A stretch of DNA of 44,451 nucleotides from Candidatus Desulfatibia sp. Its GTDB lineage: Bacteria > Desulfobacterota > Desulfobacteria > Desulfobacterales > UBA11574. The notes below the pieces were generated by a model. The model was not told the DNA's origin. It saw only the letters and a list, made by a program, of their open reading frames with translations, and searched no databases. Position numbers and translations under genes: made by a program. The stretch lies in assembly GCF_036446775.1 (NCBI RefSeq), contig NZ_JAZFTO010000305.1:1-44451 (forward strand), read 5' to 3'. Shown one piece after another: positions 9,148 to 18,886 of this stretch (position 1 is its first letter; every line of letters begins with the position of its first letter).

Positions 9148-9295
9148 TCTCTGAATGTGCCCGGTTTTTAGCAAAATCGTGGGGGGGGGCTCGGCTGAAT
9201 GCGGCCAAATATCTAATTGAATTTTAACTCAATTAGGATTGTACAATAATAAGCAAAAAACGCAATCCGATTATGAAGCACACTCTGACCTATTA

Positions 9296-9445
9296 TCAGT
9301 CACTTTGTTCTGATTTCACCTTATTAGGGTTAGGTATCATCAGCTTAAAAATCAGTAATCCGGATATAATAATCAATTGGACCAGGCCCTGAAGCCTCAC
9401 AAAGTCAAGCGGTATTTCCATAAATGATTCAAATAACAATTCCAT
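9296..9445 (-). CDS. Unannotated 49-aa putative single-pass membrane protein
   Basis: MELLFESFMEIPLDFVRLQGLVQLIIISGLLIFKLMIPNPNKVKSEQSD; AAGGAGA RBS; ends TGA-TAA-TAG. Confidence 0.6.
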   Translation of the reverse strand: MELLFESFMEIPLDFVRLQGLVQLIIISGLLIFKLMIPNPNKVKSEQSD

Positions 9446-9525
9446 TTGTTGTCTCTCCTTCCATGTAATAAGTTGCAGCCCCGCGGTCCCGCTGTGGCGG
9501 GCGGAGGATGGTCTCGTTTGATATT

Positions 9526-9553
9526 ATATCGGCCATTATGGGGGAAAACTTAA
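9526..9553 (-). promoter_or_regulatory. Sigma28 (FliA)-like promoter
   Basis: TTAAGTTT-tcccccataatg-GCCGATAT vs consensus TAAAGTTT-N11-GCCGATAA (spacer here 12). Confidence 0.55.
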
Positions 9554-9660
9554 CCTTAATTTCCTGCAAAAAATATTTAAAGCATCGCTATAAATTCTTG
9601 ATGACAAATTCCGGATGGATGTTTTGGATGGGCCGCATCGGCGGAAACCTTAGCGAGACC

Positions 9661-11007
9661 TTAGTGTTTCTGTTTCTTCAAAGCATACATATCCATATCT
9701 GCTCGGCGCAGAATGTCCGCAGAACTTTCTCCGGCCATGGCCTGCGCAAAACCGGCGCTTATGGTCACTTTGATATCTCCGGTATTACGGGAATAAAAAC
9801 GTTTTTTTCTGAAATTTTCTTTAAATTTCACGATTCTTTCCCGGGCCATTTCTTCACCCAGCCCTTCAATGACAACCGCGAACTCATCGCCTCCAAATCT
9901 TGCTATGCAATCATTTTTGCGAAAGGTTGCTTGCAGACACTGAGCTACTTTTTGTAAAACTTTATCCCCGGACAGATGACCAAAGGTGTCATTGATATTT
10001 TTAAAATCATCTATATCAAAAAGCACTACTGAAAATGGTTGGCCGCCTTCATCGAAAGTTTCTAGAGCACTCTTTACCCTCAAATCAAAAGTATTACGGT
10101 TGTAAAGATCGGTGAGGCCGTCTTTTGTAGCCGCCGTTTGAAAATATTTGGCCTTTTGGGTCATTTCGCCGACTTCCCGTTCCGCCACAGCGATCCTTTT
10201 TTTAAGTCTATTAATATTTTTCTTGGATTTTCGAATCCTTTTCATTTCTTTCTTTTTTCTTTGCGACACCAGGCTTTTTATTTTCACCAGCTTTTCAACC
10301 ACAGCTCTCTTTATCTCATCAATGCTTGTATGGATATTAAAAGAGTCGACTATTGATCCTACTTTATCGTGAATCTTTATCTCAAACTGCTCGATCTCTT
10401 TTTGCCTGACATCTTCATCAAATTCGCCTGCCAAATCCTTTTCCAGTTTTTTGACATGTTCTAAAAGTGTAAGCAAAGTGTTATTGATATATCTGAAGTC
10501 TTCCGCAATCTTGACCTTAAGATTTTTAATAAAACTCAAAAAGTCAACCGTGGTGTCCTCCAGTTCAGCCTGGGTTATATCGGTACGGCAGTCGATTTGA
10601 ATCGAGTCGGCAGTTGCTTTCAACTCACTGGTCAGCGGATAAAAATCATCAAGAAGAGCAACTGTAATTCTTTTTACAATTCTGCATACCCCCAGCAGGC
10701 TCTCCTTTAGTTCATCCAGTTGTACTATCCCTTCTTCATCAAATCCCCTGGCGGTCTCCATTGTAAAAATCTTGCTTCTGAGCTTCTCAGTTTCCTTCTC
10801 AATCAAATCCAGTGGCAAAGCTTTGTCCGTGTTCACGCTTTTTTTGATGGCGCCAAACTCTTCTGTAAATTCCTCATGCGTTGCCATCACCATACCAAAC
10901 GAATTAATGACTTTTAAAAGGCACTCTTTTTCCTTATTGCTTTCCTGCTCTTTTTTATAGAAATCTTGCTTTAATTGCTCTAGCTCGGCTGATTGATCTT
11001 TATCCAT
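9661..11007 (-). CDS. Diguanylate cyclase with a long coiled-coil N-terminus
   Basis: DGLTDLYNR, DIDDFKNINDTFGH..GD, RxxD I-site (RKND), RFGGDEF. Confidence 0.95.
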   Translation of the reverse strand: MDKDQSAELEQLKQDFYKKEQESNKEKECLLKVINSFGMVMATHEEFTEEFGAIKKSVNTDKALPLDLIEKETEKLRSKIFTMETARGFDEEGIVQLDELKESLLGVCRIVKRITVALLDDFYPLTSELKATADSIQIDCRTDITQAELEDTTVDFLSFIKNLKVKIAEDFRYINNTLLTLLEHVKKLEKDLAGEFDEDVRQKEIEQFEIKIHDKVGSIVDSFNIHTSIDEIKRAVVEKLVKIKSLVSQRKKKEMKRIRKSKKNINRLKKRIAVAEREVGEMTQKAKYFQTAATKDGLTDLYNRNTFDLRVKSALETFDEGGQPFSVVLFDIDDFKNINDTFGHLSGDKVLQKVAQCLQATFRKNDCIARFGGDEFAVVIEGLGEEMARERIVKFKENFRKKRFYSRNTGDIKVTISAGFAQAMAGESSADILRRADMDMYALKKQKH

Positions 11008-11076
11008 AAATTCACCTCTATCGGTTTCGCAAAAAAAATCAAAGAATCCGGTGGGCTTAATTGTAGTTTTATATTC

Positions 11077-11343
11077 GACAGGATTAACAGGATTGACTGG
11101 ATTTTTAATCTTTAGCCGTCCCTGCCTGTTCCGCTGAAAGCGGGGATGAAACGGCTAAAACATCATCGCCTTCGGCGAATATGTAATACCTGAAAGCCAC
11201 GGTCACTTATGTGATTCGAGCTTAATAATCTAATTTCCACCGATAGGAGATTAGTCTTTCACAGTTTCTTCCCCGCTTTCAGCGGGACAGGCTGGAAACT
11301 GTGAAAATTATAAGTAAATCCTGAAGATCCTGTTAATCCTGTC
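11077..11343. repeat. Palindromic non-coding element with 17-bp terminal inverted repeats and nested hairpins
   Basis: gacaggattaacaggat...atcctgttaatcctgtc; internal inverted pair cctgttccgctgaaagcgggg / ccccgctttcagcgggacagg. Confidence 0.85.
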
Positions 11344-11521
11344 TAAATAAATGCAAGAACCATGCAAATTTGAACAAACGGTTGTATAAAAAACTGATAT
11401 CAATATATTTCAAATAGATAGCTGAAATATACAAATCGTCCGGATGTGATTATTATGATGAATATTTGACAATCATGCTGGATTTTTTGACACAATAAAA
11501 ATCGGTATGAGGATACTACTT

Positions 11522-11832
11522 CAGACCTCGTCATTCATCAGATAAAAATGACCGTAGACCTTTATATACTGCGGGATTGCAAAAAAATTGGACATCCGGT
11601 CGGTCTGGGTTAGGAGGTTCAGCGTTCAGCGTTCAGCCTGCGACGAGCTCAGCCGAGTCGGGTTAATCGCTTCGCGCTTTTTTCCTATACCATTGATCCC
11701 ATAGGGGTAATTAAATGAGGGGATCAACCTCTGAACCTTTGAACATTGAACCTTTGAACCCAACTCTTTGATTAGAAATGGCGCGTTTTGTCCAAAATTT
11801 TCCCCGCAATCTGTCATTATTTACGAGGTCTG
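11522..11832. mobile_element. MITE-like element, copy A (311 bp)
   Basis: TIR CAGACCTCGT...ACGAGGTCTG flanked by a direct TACTT repeat (11517-11521, 11833-11837); internally homologous to 26826-27138. Confidence 0.82.
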
Positions 11833-11835
11833 TAC

Positions 11836-13584
11836 TTACCAATTCTCGTTCGTATCACCGGAAGGCGTTTGTTGTTCTAAAAGAAATATGAATTTATAGA
11901 TATCGAACACGATTTCATCGCCGCTTTTGAGTTTTATTGGTGTGTGCGGCGCGATCTCTTCCCCGTTTAACCGTGTTTTATTTTTACTCCGCTGGTCTTC
12001 CAGGTAAAAAAACCCTTCTTTGTATTGAATGGCAGCATGCGAACCAGATACGGAATGCTGATCTATGGCAACATCATTGTGCACGCCGCGGCCGATTTTA
12101 ATGACACTTTTATTCAAAATCAGGGTCTTTTTGCCGGTGATGTTTTTAACATCGATCAACATGGCCTGAGGCATGCCGGAAGCCTCCAGGGTTGACATAA
12201 CCTGTCCACGGATAATGGTGGCCGCTTGGACCTGAGTTTCAGTTTTACCGCTGAAATCTATCACGGTTTCACCGGCTGGAACAAGATCCGGAAGAATGAA
12301 GATGAATTTATATACATTGATTTTGATAACATCACCGCTTTTGAGTTTTATAGGTGCATGCGGTGCGATTTCTTTGCCGTTGATGTAGGTTTTATTTTTG
12401 CCCCTCTGATCTTCCAGGTAAAAAAAACCATCCTGATATTCAATGGTAGCATGCAGACTCGAAACGGTCTCTGCGGGGATGGCAACATCATTGTTTGTGT
12501 CCCGGCCGATCTTTATGAGGCTCTTGTTCAACTCCAGAGTTTTTTGACCGGTAATATTTTTGACATCAATGAGTTCGGCCCGGGGCATGGGAGGTGCGTA
12601 CCGGTCCCTGCGAGACCGGCCGGCGGCCCCAGGAACGGACATTCTGGTTTTCCTGTTTAAGGCCATGATCATGACAATGGCTGCCAGCAGAACGAAGATG
12701 CCGATTAATAGAATAAGCACAAAGGAACCCGGTTTTTTAAACTGCGCCGGTGTTTTTTTTGCCGCAACAACAGGCTCTGTTGCCAAAGGTGGTGCCTTAG
12801 ATGTAACTGCCGGAGCCGTTGTTTCACTGCCTGCGGGCGATGGCAGCATAATGCCCTTGTCCGCGAGCTGCGGTCCGGACGGCAGTCTGCTGATCAGGTT
12901 GCTTATTTTATCAAAAACTTTCTGTATATCCTCAACCGTGTACGCTCGAAAATATTCGCCCTCGGTTTTGAAAGCCAGCGTCTGTATCAGACTAAAATCC
13001 GCCTTGTCCGTAAAAGCGATACCGAAAATTTTAATGCCCGCATTCCTGCACTCCTGGGCCAGATCTTCCTTCAGCCATTTGGTCTTTTCAAGGTCCTGGG
13101 CTTTGTCTCCGGTATCTACAATACCGTCGGTCAGCAAAATGATCACTTTGCGGGCATTGCTTCGCCCGTTTAGCTTAAGCTCATAAATAGCCCTTTCGAT
13201 TCCCGCCGGACTGTCGGAAAACAACCCTTTGTAATTAACTTGCTCGAGGCTTTTAAGAAAATTGGCCCTGGCCATCAAACCTGTCAGGTCTGTAAGCGAT
13301 TCAACCAGCTTGGCCTCCTGGTCAAAAATAATCATGGCGATACGAGAATTTTCCCCGAATCCAACCATAAAATTCGTAACGACCTCCCGGGCTAAAAAGT
13401 GCGGGTCATTTTTTTGCATGCTGCCGGAATTATCTAAGACCAGAGCAATATCGAGTTCTATCAGTGCGGGGCGGGACTCCGGCTGCGCCACTTCTTTTTT
13501 AGCTTCGACCTGAGCGTAACTACAGAATAACAGTGCCGGTAAAATCAAAGCAAACCCAAAGAAGGCCGTAATCGACTTTTTCAT
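11836..13584 (-). CDS. Membrane protein: signal peptide - VWA - Pro/Ala linker - TM - FHA - FHA
   Basis: MIDAS DNSGSM and ILLTDG; TM FVLILLIGIFVLLAAIVMIMAL; two IKIGR..S..HA..YLED...NKT..NG repeats. Confidence 0.9.
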   Translation of the reverse strand: MKKSITAFFGFALILPALLFCSYAQVEAKKEVAQPESRPALIELDIALVLDNSGSMQKNDPHFLAREVVTNFMVGFGENSRIAMIIFDQEAKLVESLTDLTGLMARANFLKSLEQVNYKGLFSDSPAGIERAIYELKLNGRSNARKVIILLTDGIVDTGDKAQDLEKTKWLKEDLAQECRNAGIKIFGIAFTDKADFSLIQTLAFKTEGEYFRAYTVEDIQKVFDKISNLISRLPSGPQLADKGIMLPSPAGSETTAPAVTSKAPPLATEPVVAAKKTPAQFKKPGSFVLILLIGIFVLLAAIVMIMALNRKTRMSVPGAAGRSRRDRYAPPMPRAELIDVKNITGQKTLELNKSLIKIGRDTNNDVAIPAETVSSLHATIEYQDGFFYLEDQRGKNKTYINGKEIAPHAPIKLKSGDVIKINVYKFIFILPDLVPAGETVIDFSGKTETQVQAATIIRGQVMSTLEASGMPQAMLIDVKNITGKKTLILNKSVIKIGRGVHNDVAIDQHSVSGSHAAIQYKEGFFYLEDQRSKNKTRLNGEEIAPHTPIKLKSGDEIVFDIYKFIFLLEQQTPSGDTNENW

Positions 13585-13635
13585 ATCAGATACACTCCCG
13601 TATCATGCCCTTATAAGCCCCGAAAACAGACGCCC

Positions 13636-13688
13636 AAAAAAAAATGCCACACCTGCCCGCCGGACTTACTTTGGCAGGCGGGGTGGCA
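13636..13688 (-). terminator. Probable intrinsic terminator after the bactofilin gene
   Basis: tgccac...gtggca stem enclosing a GC-rich hairpin, followed by T9 on the minus strand. Confidence 0.55.
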
Positions 13689-13744
13689 ATGAAAAAAGTT
13701 GTGCCACGAAAGGGGATGTTTTGAAACTGCCTCAAGGAACTGAT

Positions 13745-14116
13745 TTATTTTTTAACCGCCAACAACTCCTGCTGAGATTTAGAATCCTGAGATGTAATGC
13801 AATTTACCTGGGCGTTTAAAACCCCCCCGGCTTCCACCACAAAATCTTTGCAGACTACTTTACCCGAACAGTTTCCGGTAGAAAGGATAATCAATTCCTT
13901 TGAAGCCCTGATCTCTCCCTCGAACGTGCCGCCAATGGTCATACTGGAAGCTTTTGTATCGGCAAAGACCTTCCCTTCCTCGGCAATAATTACGGTTTCC
14001 CCGATAAGCGTCCCCTTGACAACCCCTTTGATCACCAGCTTACCTTTGCTGGAAATCGTGCCGTCAACCGTCAACTCTCTGTCAATGATGGAAAAGTCTT
14101 TGGATTTATTTTTCAT
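13745..14116 (-). CDS. Bactofilin (polymer-forming cytoskeletal protein, CcmA family)
   Basis: SIIDRELTVDGTISSKGKLVIKGVVKGTL...IGGTFEGEI...VEAGGVLNA beta-helix repeats; overlaps the upstream stop by 11 bp. Confidence 0.93.
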   Translation of the reverse strand: MKNKSKDFSIIDRELTVDGTISSKGKLVIKGVVKGTLIGETVIIAEEGKVFADTKASSMTIGGTFEGEIRASKELIILSTGNCSGKVVCKDFVVEAGGVLNAQVNCITSQDSKSQQELLAVKK

Positions 14117-15950
14117 TATGCGTCTCCTGCGAACAATTTAAAGTAACTGAACCGAGGAATATCTTATCACGCTCAATTTCCAGGCGATAACGACATGATG
14201 CTTTGTCTGCCTCGCTGTTTGCTATGTTGTTTATCGCCATAGGCTTGCCAATATCTACAGGCCGCCTAACAAAGCCGGAACCGGCAATAAAGGCCTTCAC
14301 GCCTGCATTCCGAACAACATTAGTATTTATATCAAACAGCTTCCAAGGTTTATCGGCATCCACCAAAACCGTGTCACCGGGAGTCAAACCACGCAGTTCG
14401 CCGTTTTCCGTCCCTAAAACTATATATTTCAAAACCGGGTCTTCGAGATCAAAGAATAGTTTTCCAATGATATCACCATTATTTTCGACGATCATTTGAT
14501 AATACTTCCCTCTTTTCTCCAGAGAATAGCTTTTCCACAAATCTCGGCTGGTATTGATGACATATCCCCGGTCCTCGCCGGTGTTATTGTCAGGATCTCC
14601 CACATACCCCTTGAGATTAACAATCAAATCAGAAGTATCGCCAATATAGTTAATTACATCCACAATTTCAAATTTGTCACCTTTTACGAGTTTGACGTGC
14701 TCTTCATTTTCAAAGATACGTTCTTCGCCGTTAATTATGACCTTGTATAAAAGCATGCCCGAGCCTGACTTTTGTTGATCTGATACGGCAACATCAACTG
14801 CTATCTTCTTCCCGCCGCCCCTCATTTTTATATTGATGCGGCCGCATGCATAGTAATCTTTGCGCACAATAATTTTTGTTGGTCCTGTGATCCGGATTTT
14901 CTTAAAGATATCGCTTACGGTTCCGTAACCGACAATATCGGCAGTCAGTCCGCGCTTATAATTGGACTCAATATGAGATATCATAATCGTATCACCGGCG
15001 TTGATCGACAGTGACTGCCGGTTCTTGACTACCACGGGCAAAGAATCGTTGATCGAAACGACCAGATAGTTGAGTGCCGGACGCTCAAGGTTAATTCCCG
15101 GTGTTTCGGGTACAATCCCCAAGTAGTCCATAAAGGCATTGATGGCAAGATTATGATGGCGAATCTTTTGCTCCAGGGGAAGAGCTTTGCTGCTTTCAAT
15201 TCCAAAAGCCGGAATGCCATATGTATATAAAGCATAATATGTGGCGGATTTTCGTTGTTCTTTATGCAGGGAGGCAATTTCTTTTGTTTGGTGGTTATTG
15301 AAATGAAAATGGTTGCGGGGATTTTTTATATTTTTATTGATCTCCTGACTGACAAACCTTGCCATGTCGCCCAGCCGGATCGTTTTTCCGGTTTTAGGAT
15401 CCACATAAATATCGACGTCTGCAATAATCGACTGACCGTACCTTTTCGGGTTTCTGTTGGGCCCTTCCCACTTTTCGGAATAAAAACCGGAACCATCATG
15501 CAAATTAAGCAGGAAATCACTCTCACTGATCAGCTTTTTTAGAATTGCAACAATTTTGGTTTCATAGTTGCTTTTGGGATCTTCGGCGAATTTTCGATTC
15601 ATATCTTCATTTATCTTGCGGCGCTTGGCCACTATGGATCGAAAGTTGGCTCTGGGTACGACAATAAGATTCCCTTGCGCCAGGCTGATATCGGCATAAT
15701 GATCAACGGAAAGGTATCCCCCCTGCTCATCTCCCTGGATCCCGCCGATAAGCAGCAGTGTTTTGCCGGGTTCTTTACCGTAGATTCTATATACGTTAAG
15801 TTCATAATCCGTACCTTCAAAAAAAGCGGTGTGTATCCTTTTCTGGGCACGGACAGAACCCGGCAGCATAAAAACAAGTACAATCACAAAAATAATTATT
15901 CCGGCTTTGACGTGCACAACAAATCCGGCTCGGTTGACAGTTGGAAACAC
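14106..15950 (-). CDS. M14/M99 (Csd4/Pgp1-like) peptidoglycan carboxypeptidase with an extended C-terminus
   Basis: GGIQGDEQGG (QxxE), DMNRKF, LNLHDG, AFGIESSK; N-terminal hydrophobic signal or anchor. Confidence 0.87.
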   Translation of the reverse strand: MFPTVNRAGFVVHVKAGIIIFVIVLVFMLPGSVRAQKRIHTAFFEGTDYELNVYRIYGKEPGKTLLLIGGIQGDEQGGYLSVDHYADISLAQGNLIVVPRANFRSIVAKRRKINEDMNRKFAEDPKSNYETKIVAILKKLISESDFLLNLHDGSGFYSEKWEGPNRNPKRYGQSIIADVDIYVDPKTGKTIRLGDMARFVSQEINKNIKNPRNHFHFNNHQTKEIASLHKEQRKSATYYALYTYGIPAFGIESSKALPLEQKIRHHNLAINAFMDYLGIVPETPGINLERPALNYLVVSINDSLPVVVKNRQSLSINAGDTIMISHIESNYKRGLTADIVGYGTVSDIFKKIRITGPTKIIVRKDYYACGRINIKMRGGGKKIAVDVAVSDQQKSGSGMLLYKVIINGEERIFENEEHVKLVKGDKFEIVDVINYIGDTSDLIVNLKGYVGDPDNNTGEDRGYVINTSRDLWKSYSLEKRGKYYQMIVENNGDIIGKLFFDLEDPVLKYIVLGTENGELRGLTPGDTVLVDADKPWKLFDINTNVVRNAGVKAFIAGSGFVRRPVDIGKPMAINNIANSEADKASCRYRLEIERDKIFLGSVTLNCSQETHNEK

Positions 15951-15954
15951 TATT

Positions 15955-16908
15955 TTATCCTTCCTTCGGTTCAGGATTCTCTTTCTGAACTCTTATGTGG
16001 AATTCACTCTCCAACAACAGCTTTTCATCTGCGGTATAAATAAATATCGTCATATATTGAAAACGATTCAGGTCACCCGAGTATTTGTGCTGAAATTTCA
16101 TGGTTTTAAAACGGGAAATTGAAAAATATTGCCCCCTGCGTATCTGGGAAGGCTTGCCTGATACCAAAGAGACAGACGGAATTGTAAACCATTGTTTCCG
16201 GTCATCCCTATCATGTTTTAATATCACAAAGGCATGCCCTGAAATCGTTTCGGTGTTCTGATCGATTTTTCTGAGTTTAAACGTTACCTTCAAGTTATCG
16301 TTTTCTAATGTATCCAAAACTATCAATTCTTCAATGCGGACGATTGGTGGTTCTGCATCCGGCATGCTTGGTTCGGAAATATCCGGTTCATCCTCTTGAA
16401 CTGCTGCAATTAAAACCTCTTTTTCAGCCGGTATTTCTTTTACGGTTTCAACAACTTTTTTAATATCCGGCACTGGGGGTTTAATAGCGGCAGAAGCGTT
16501 TTTATCTTTAGACCGGTCCGTCTTTTTTTCAATTGTTTTTTCTTCGGTCTCGATCCGGCCGGCTTTAATCTTCGATTCAGCCAAGACCATACGAACCATA
16601 AGGAGTTCCTTTTCATCCTGCATAGTCTTTACCTTCTGTCGTGAAACTCCCAAAGCTTTTATCAGGATCCTATTTTCTTCAGCTTTGCTGTTGTACATAA
16701 AATAAAGACCAACCGCTAAGGCAAACACAATGAAAACCGTAAAAGTGAGTGTAATCGCCAATCCTTTAAAGCGCTTGACTGAAATTACTTTTCCACGATC
16801 TTCTACGAACAAAAGGGTCCAGTGGCTGGCCCTCTTTTTTGGTTTCGGTACGGCAATTCCGTTTAACTCTTTTACCCGGTTTCCCGAAAGACGTTTCATA
16901 GGCTGCAT
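15955..16908 (-). CDS. Bitopic membrane protein with coiled coil, charged linker and beta-rich C-terminal domain
   Basis: 317-aa ORF with one TM (LAITLTFTVFIVFALAVGLYFMY); 4 bp upstream of the peptidase. Confidence 0.85.
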   Translation of the reverse strand: MQPMKRLSGNRVKELNGIAVPKPKKRASHWTLLFVEDRGKVISVKRFKGLAITLTFTVFIVFALAVGLYFMYNSKAEENRILIKALGVSRQKVKTMQDEKELLMVRMVLAESKIKAGRIETEEKTIEKKTDRSKDKNASAAIKPPVPDIKKVVETVKEIPAEKEVLIAAVQEDEPDISEPSMPDAEPPIVRIEELIVLDTLENDNLKVTFKLRKIDQNTETISGHAFVILKHDRDDRKQWFTIPSVSLVSGKPSQIRRGQYFSISRFKTMKFQHKYSGDLNRFQYMTIFIYTADEKLLLESEFHIRVQKENPEPKEG

Positions 16909-17031
16909 TCTCTTATCTGTATATCTAACATATCACTGTATTAAGTTCAACAATCGTAACTTCTCAATAACCTCGGGTAAAAAGGGCTTCGGCGCGGCAG
17001 AGCCGCTTCATATAAAATCGCTTTAGCGATT

Positions 17032-17838
17032 TTATTTGGACAATGTCAAGTGAACAGCATCTCCTTTTGCGGCCCCTAAATAGCGCTGGGCACTACCGCA
17101 ATTCACGGCGATCTCCAGATATCCGTAGCTGCCGATTATGGCCAGAGGGCTCTGGGGACTTGCACTTTCATAATTTAAAGACAATCCCTCTATTTTACTC
17201 TGTCCGATCGCGACTTGAAGCCTTTTGTTTTTGCCGGCATTTACAAAAGCCGCCAGACAATCTGAATCAATATTTGTAATACAGTTACCAAAACGGTCTA
17301 TGGAGACTATCGCTCCGACGAGTTCATCTCTTTTGCCAACATACGGCTTGGGAATTCTTATGAGGACCAGGTCTTTTTTAGCAATCGGCGTTCCCAACCG
17401 TTCTAGATCGACCCCCAGGGAGATATGTGCCGCGACCGGAGCAAAAATATCCCGGCCGTGAAAAGTCTGGCTGACCGTTTTCAAAAAATAGTCCGAATTT
17501 TCGACCCGAACGATTGCATCAATATCCCCTTCATCGACTATCAATGTCAATATCCCGTTATCCGGCGCAAGGAATGTCTGTCCCATCATCTTAAGAGCAA
17601 CTATTGCGCGCCGGCTCCCGACACCGGGATCCACGACAATGACATGCACGCTTTCTGCCGGAAAATAACGATAAGAGGATTTAATGATTAAGGCCGCCTG
17701 GCTCAGGTCATGGGGATCAACGTGATGGGTAATATCAGTAATCACGGCATCCGGGTTTACTGACAGGATAACGCCCTTCATGAGACCCACATATGTGTCT
17801 TTAAGGCCAAAATCCGTTAAGAGTGTAATTATCGACAT
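17032..17838 (-). CDS. DUF62-family SAM hydroxide adenosyltransferase (chlorinase/fluorinase fold)
   Basis: IITLLTDFG, DITH, VVDPGVGS.R, APDNG, TFHGRDIFAP, IDRFGN, GYLEIAVN. Confidence 0.93.
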   Translation of the reverse strand: MSIITLLTDFGLKDTYVGLMKGVILSVNPDAVITDITHHVDPHDLSQAALIIKSSYRYFPAESVHVIVVDPGVGSRRAIVALKMMGQTFLAPDNGILTLIVDEGDIDAIVRVENSDYFLKTVSQTFHGRDIFAPVAAHISLGVDLERLGTPIAKKDLVLIRIPKPYVGKRDELVGAIVSIDRFGNCITNIDSDCLAAFVNAGKNKRLQVAIGQSKIEGLSLNYESASPQSPLAIIGSYGYLEIAVNCGSAQRYLGAAKGDAVHLTLSK

Positions 17839-17841
17839 GGT

Positions 17842-18885
17842 TCAGTGAAACATTTTTTGCTGAATACTATGCCCCAAGTGACGATACGCTGTATCCGATG
17901 CCTTTCTACCTGAAGATGTTCTTGTGACCATTCCGATTTTCAAAAGATAGGGTTCAACCACATCTACCAGCGTATCAGTCTCTTCCTGAAGGGTGGCAGC
18001 GATAGCTTCAATGCCAACCGGACCGCCTTTATAAAACTTGATAATTGTTTGCAGGTAGCTACGGTCAAACTTCGTGAGCCCTTTTTCATCAACCCCTTCC
18101 AGGGACAATGCTTCTGTAACTGTTTTTTTGATAATGACTCCGTCCGCCCGCACCTGGGCATAATCCCGCACCCGTTTGAGAAGCCTGTTTACTATCCTGG
18201 GCGTTCCTCGGGATCGCTTTGAAAGCTCGACGGCGCCTTCATCATCTATCTCAACGTTAAGCAACATCGCCGAACGTCTGATGATTTTGACCAGTTCTTC
18301 TTCACTGTAAAAATCAAGGTTCCTGAAAATGCCGAATCGATCCCGCAGGGGCGCCGACAAGAGCCCTACCCGGGTAGTCGCCCCGGCAAGCGTAAATCGA
18401 TTCAGGCGGTATTTGTGACTGCGGGCATACATCCCCTTATCAAAGACAAAATCAACGGCAAAATCCTCCATGGCAGGATAAAGAAACTCTTCCACCGACT
18501 TTGGGAGGCGGTGGACCTCGTCGATAAAAAGAATATCTCCATCTTCAAGATGCGTAAGGATGCCGATCAGATCTCCGCCCTTTTCAAGGGCAGGTCCGGA
18601 AGTTGACGTAAGATTTCCTCCCATTTCATTGGCAATAATATGCGCCAGGGTTGTTTTCCCCAGACCTGGCGGTCCGTGCAAAAGAATGTGGTCCATCGGC
18701 TCCTGGCGCTGCTTGGCCGCCTCAATAGCAATTTTAAGGGTTTCCACCACCTCAGACTGGCCGACATAGTCTGCGAGTTTTTCAGGTCGCAGGGACTGAA
18801 TTGCCGCTTCCCGGTCGTCCGGCAGGCCTGCCCCGGCCAGTACACCTTGCTTATTAAAAGAATCTGATAGGATATCGTCGGTCAT
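17842..18885 (-). CDS. ruvB: Holliday junction helicase RuvB
   Basis: [43 protein letters not shown]; start ATG 18885. Confidence 0.97.
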   Translation of the reverse strand: MTDDILSDSFNKQGVLAGAGLPDDREAAIQSLRPEKLADYVGQSEVVETLKIAIEAAKQRQEPMDHILLHGPPGLGKTTLAHIIANEMGGNLTSTSGPALEKGGDLIGILTHLEDGDILFIDEVHRLPKSVEEFLYPAMEDFAVDFVFDKGMYARSHKYRLNRFTLAGATTRVGLLSAPLRDRFGIFRNLDFYSEEELVKIIRRSAMLLNVEIDDEGAVELSKRSRGTPRIVNRLLKRVRDYAQVRADGVIIKKTVTEALSLEGVDEKGLTKFDRSYLQTIIKFYKGGPVGIEAIAATLQEETDTLVDVVEPYLLKIGMVTRTSSGRKASDTAYRHLGHSIQQKMFH

Positions 18886-18886
18886 A

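Noticed and set aside
11351-11368. Sigma54 promoter for the GGDEF gene (minus strand TTGCAT-N5-TTGCA)
   Set aside because: Lacks the invariant GG at -24; possibly degenerate but not supportable
17032-17838. Halogenase (fluorinase/chlorinase)
   Set aside because: DPGVG..R and TFHGRD motifs fit the widespread DUF62 SAM hydrolase; housekeeping context with no biosynthetic cluster
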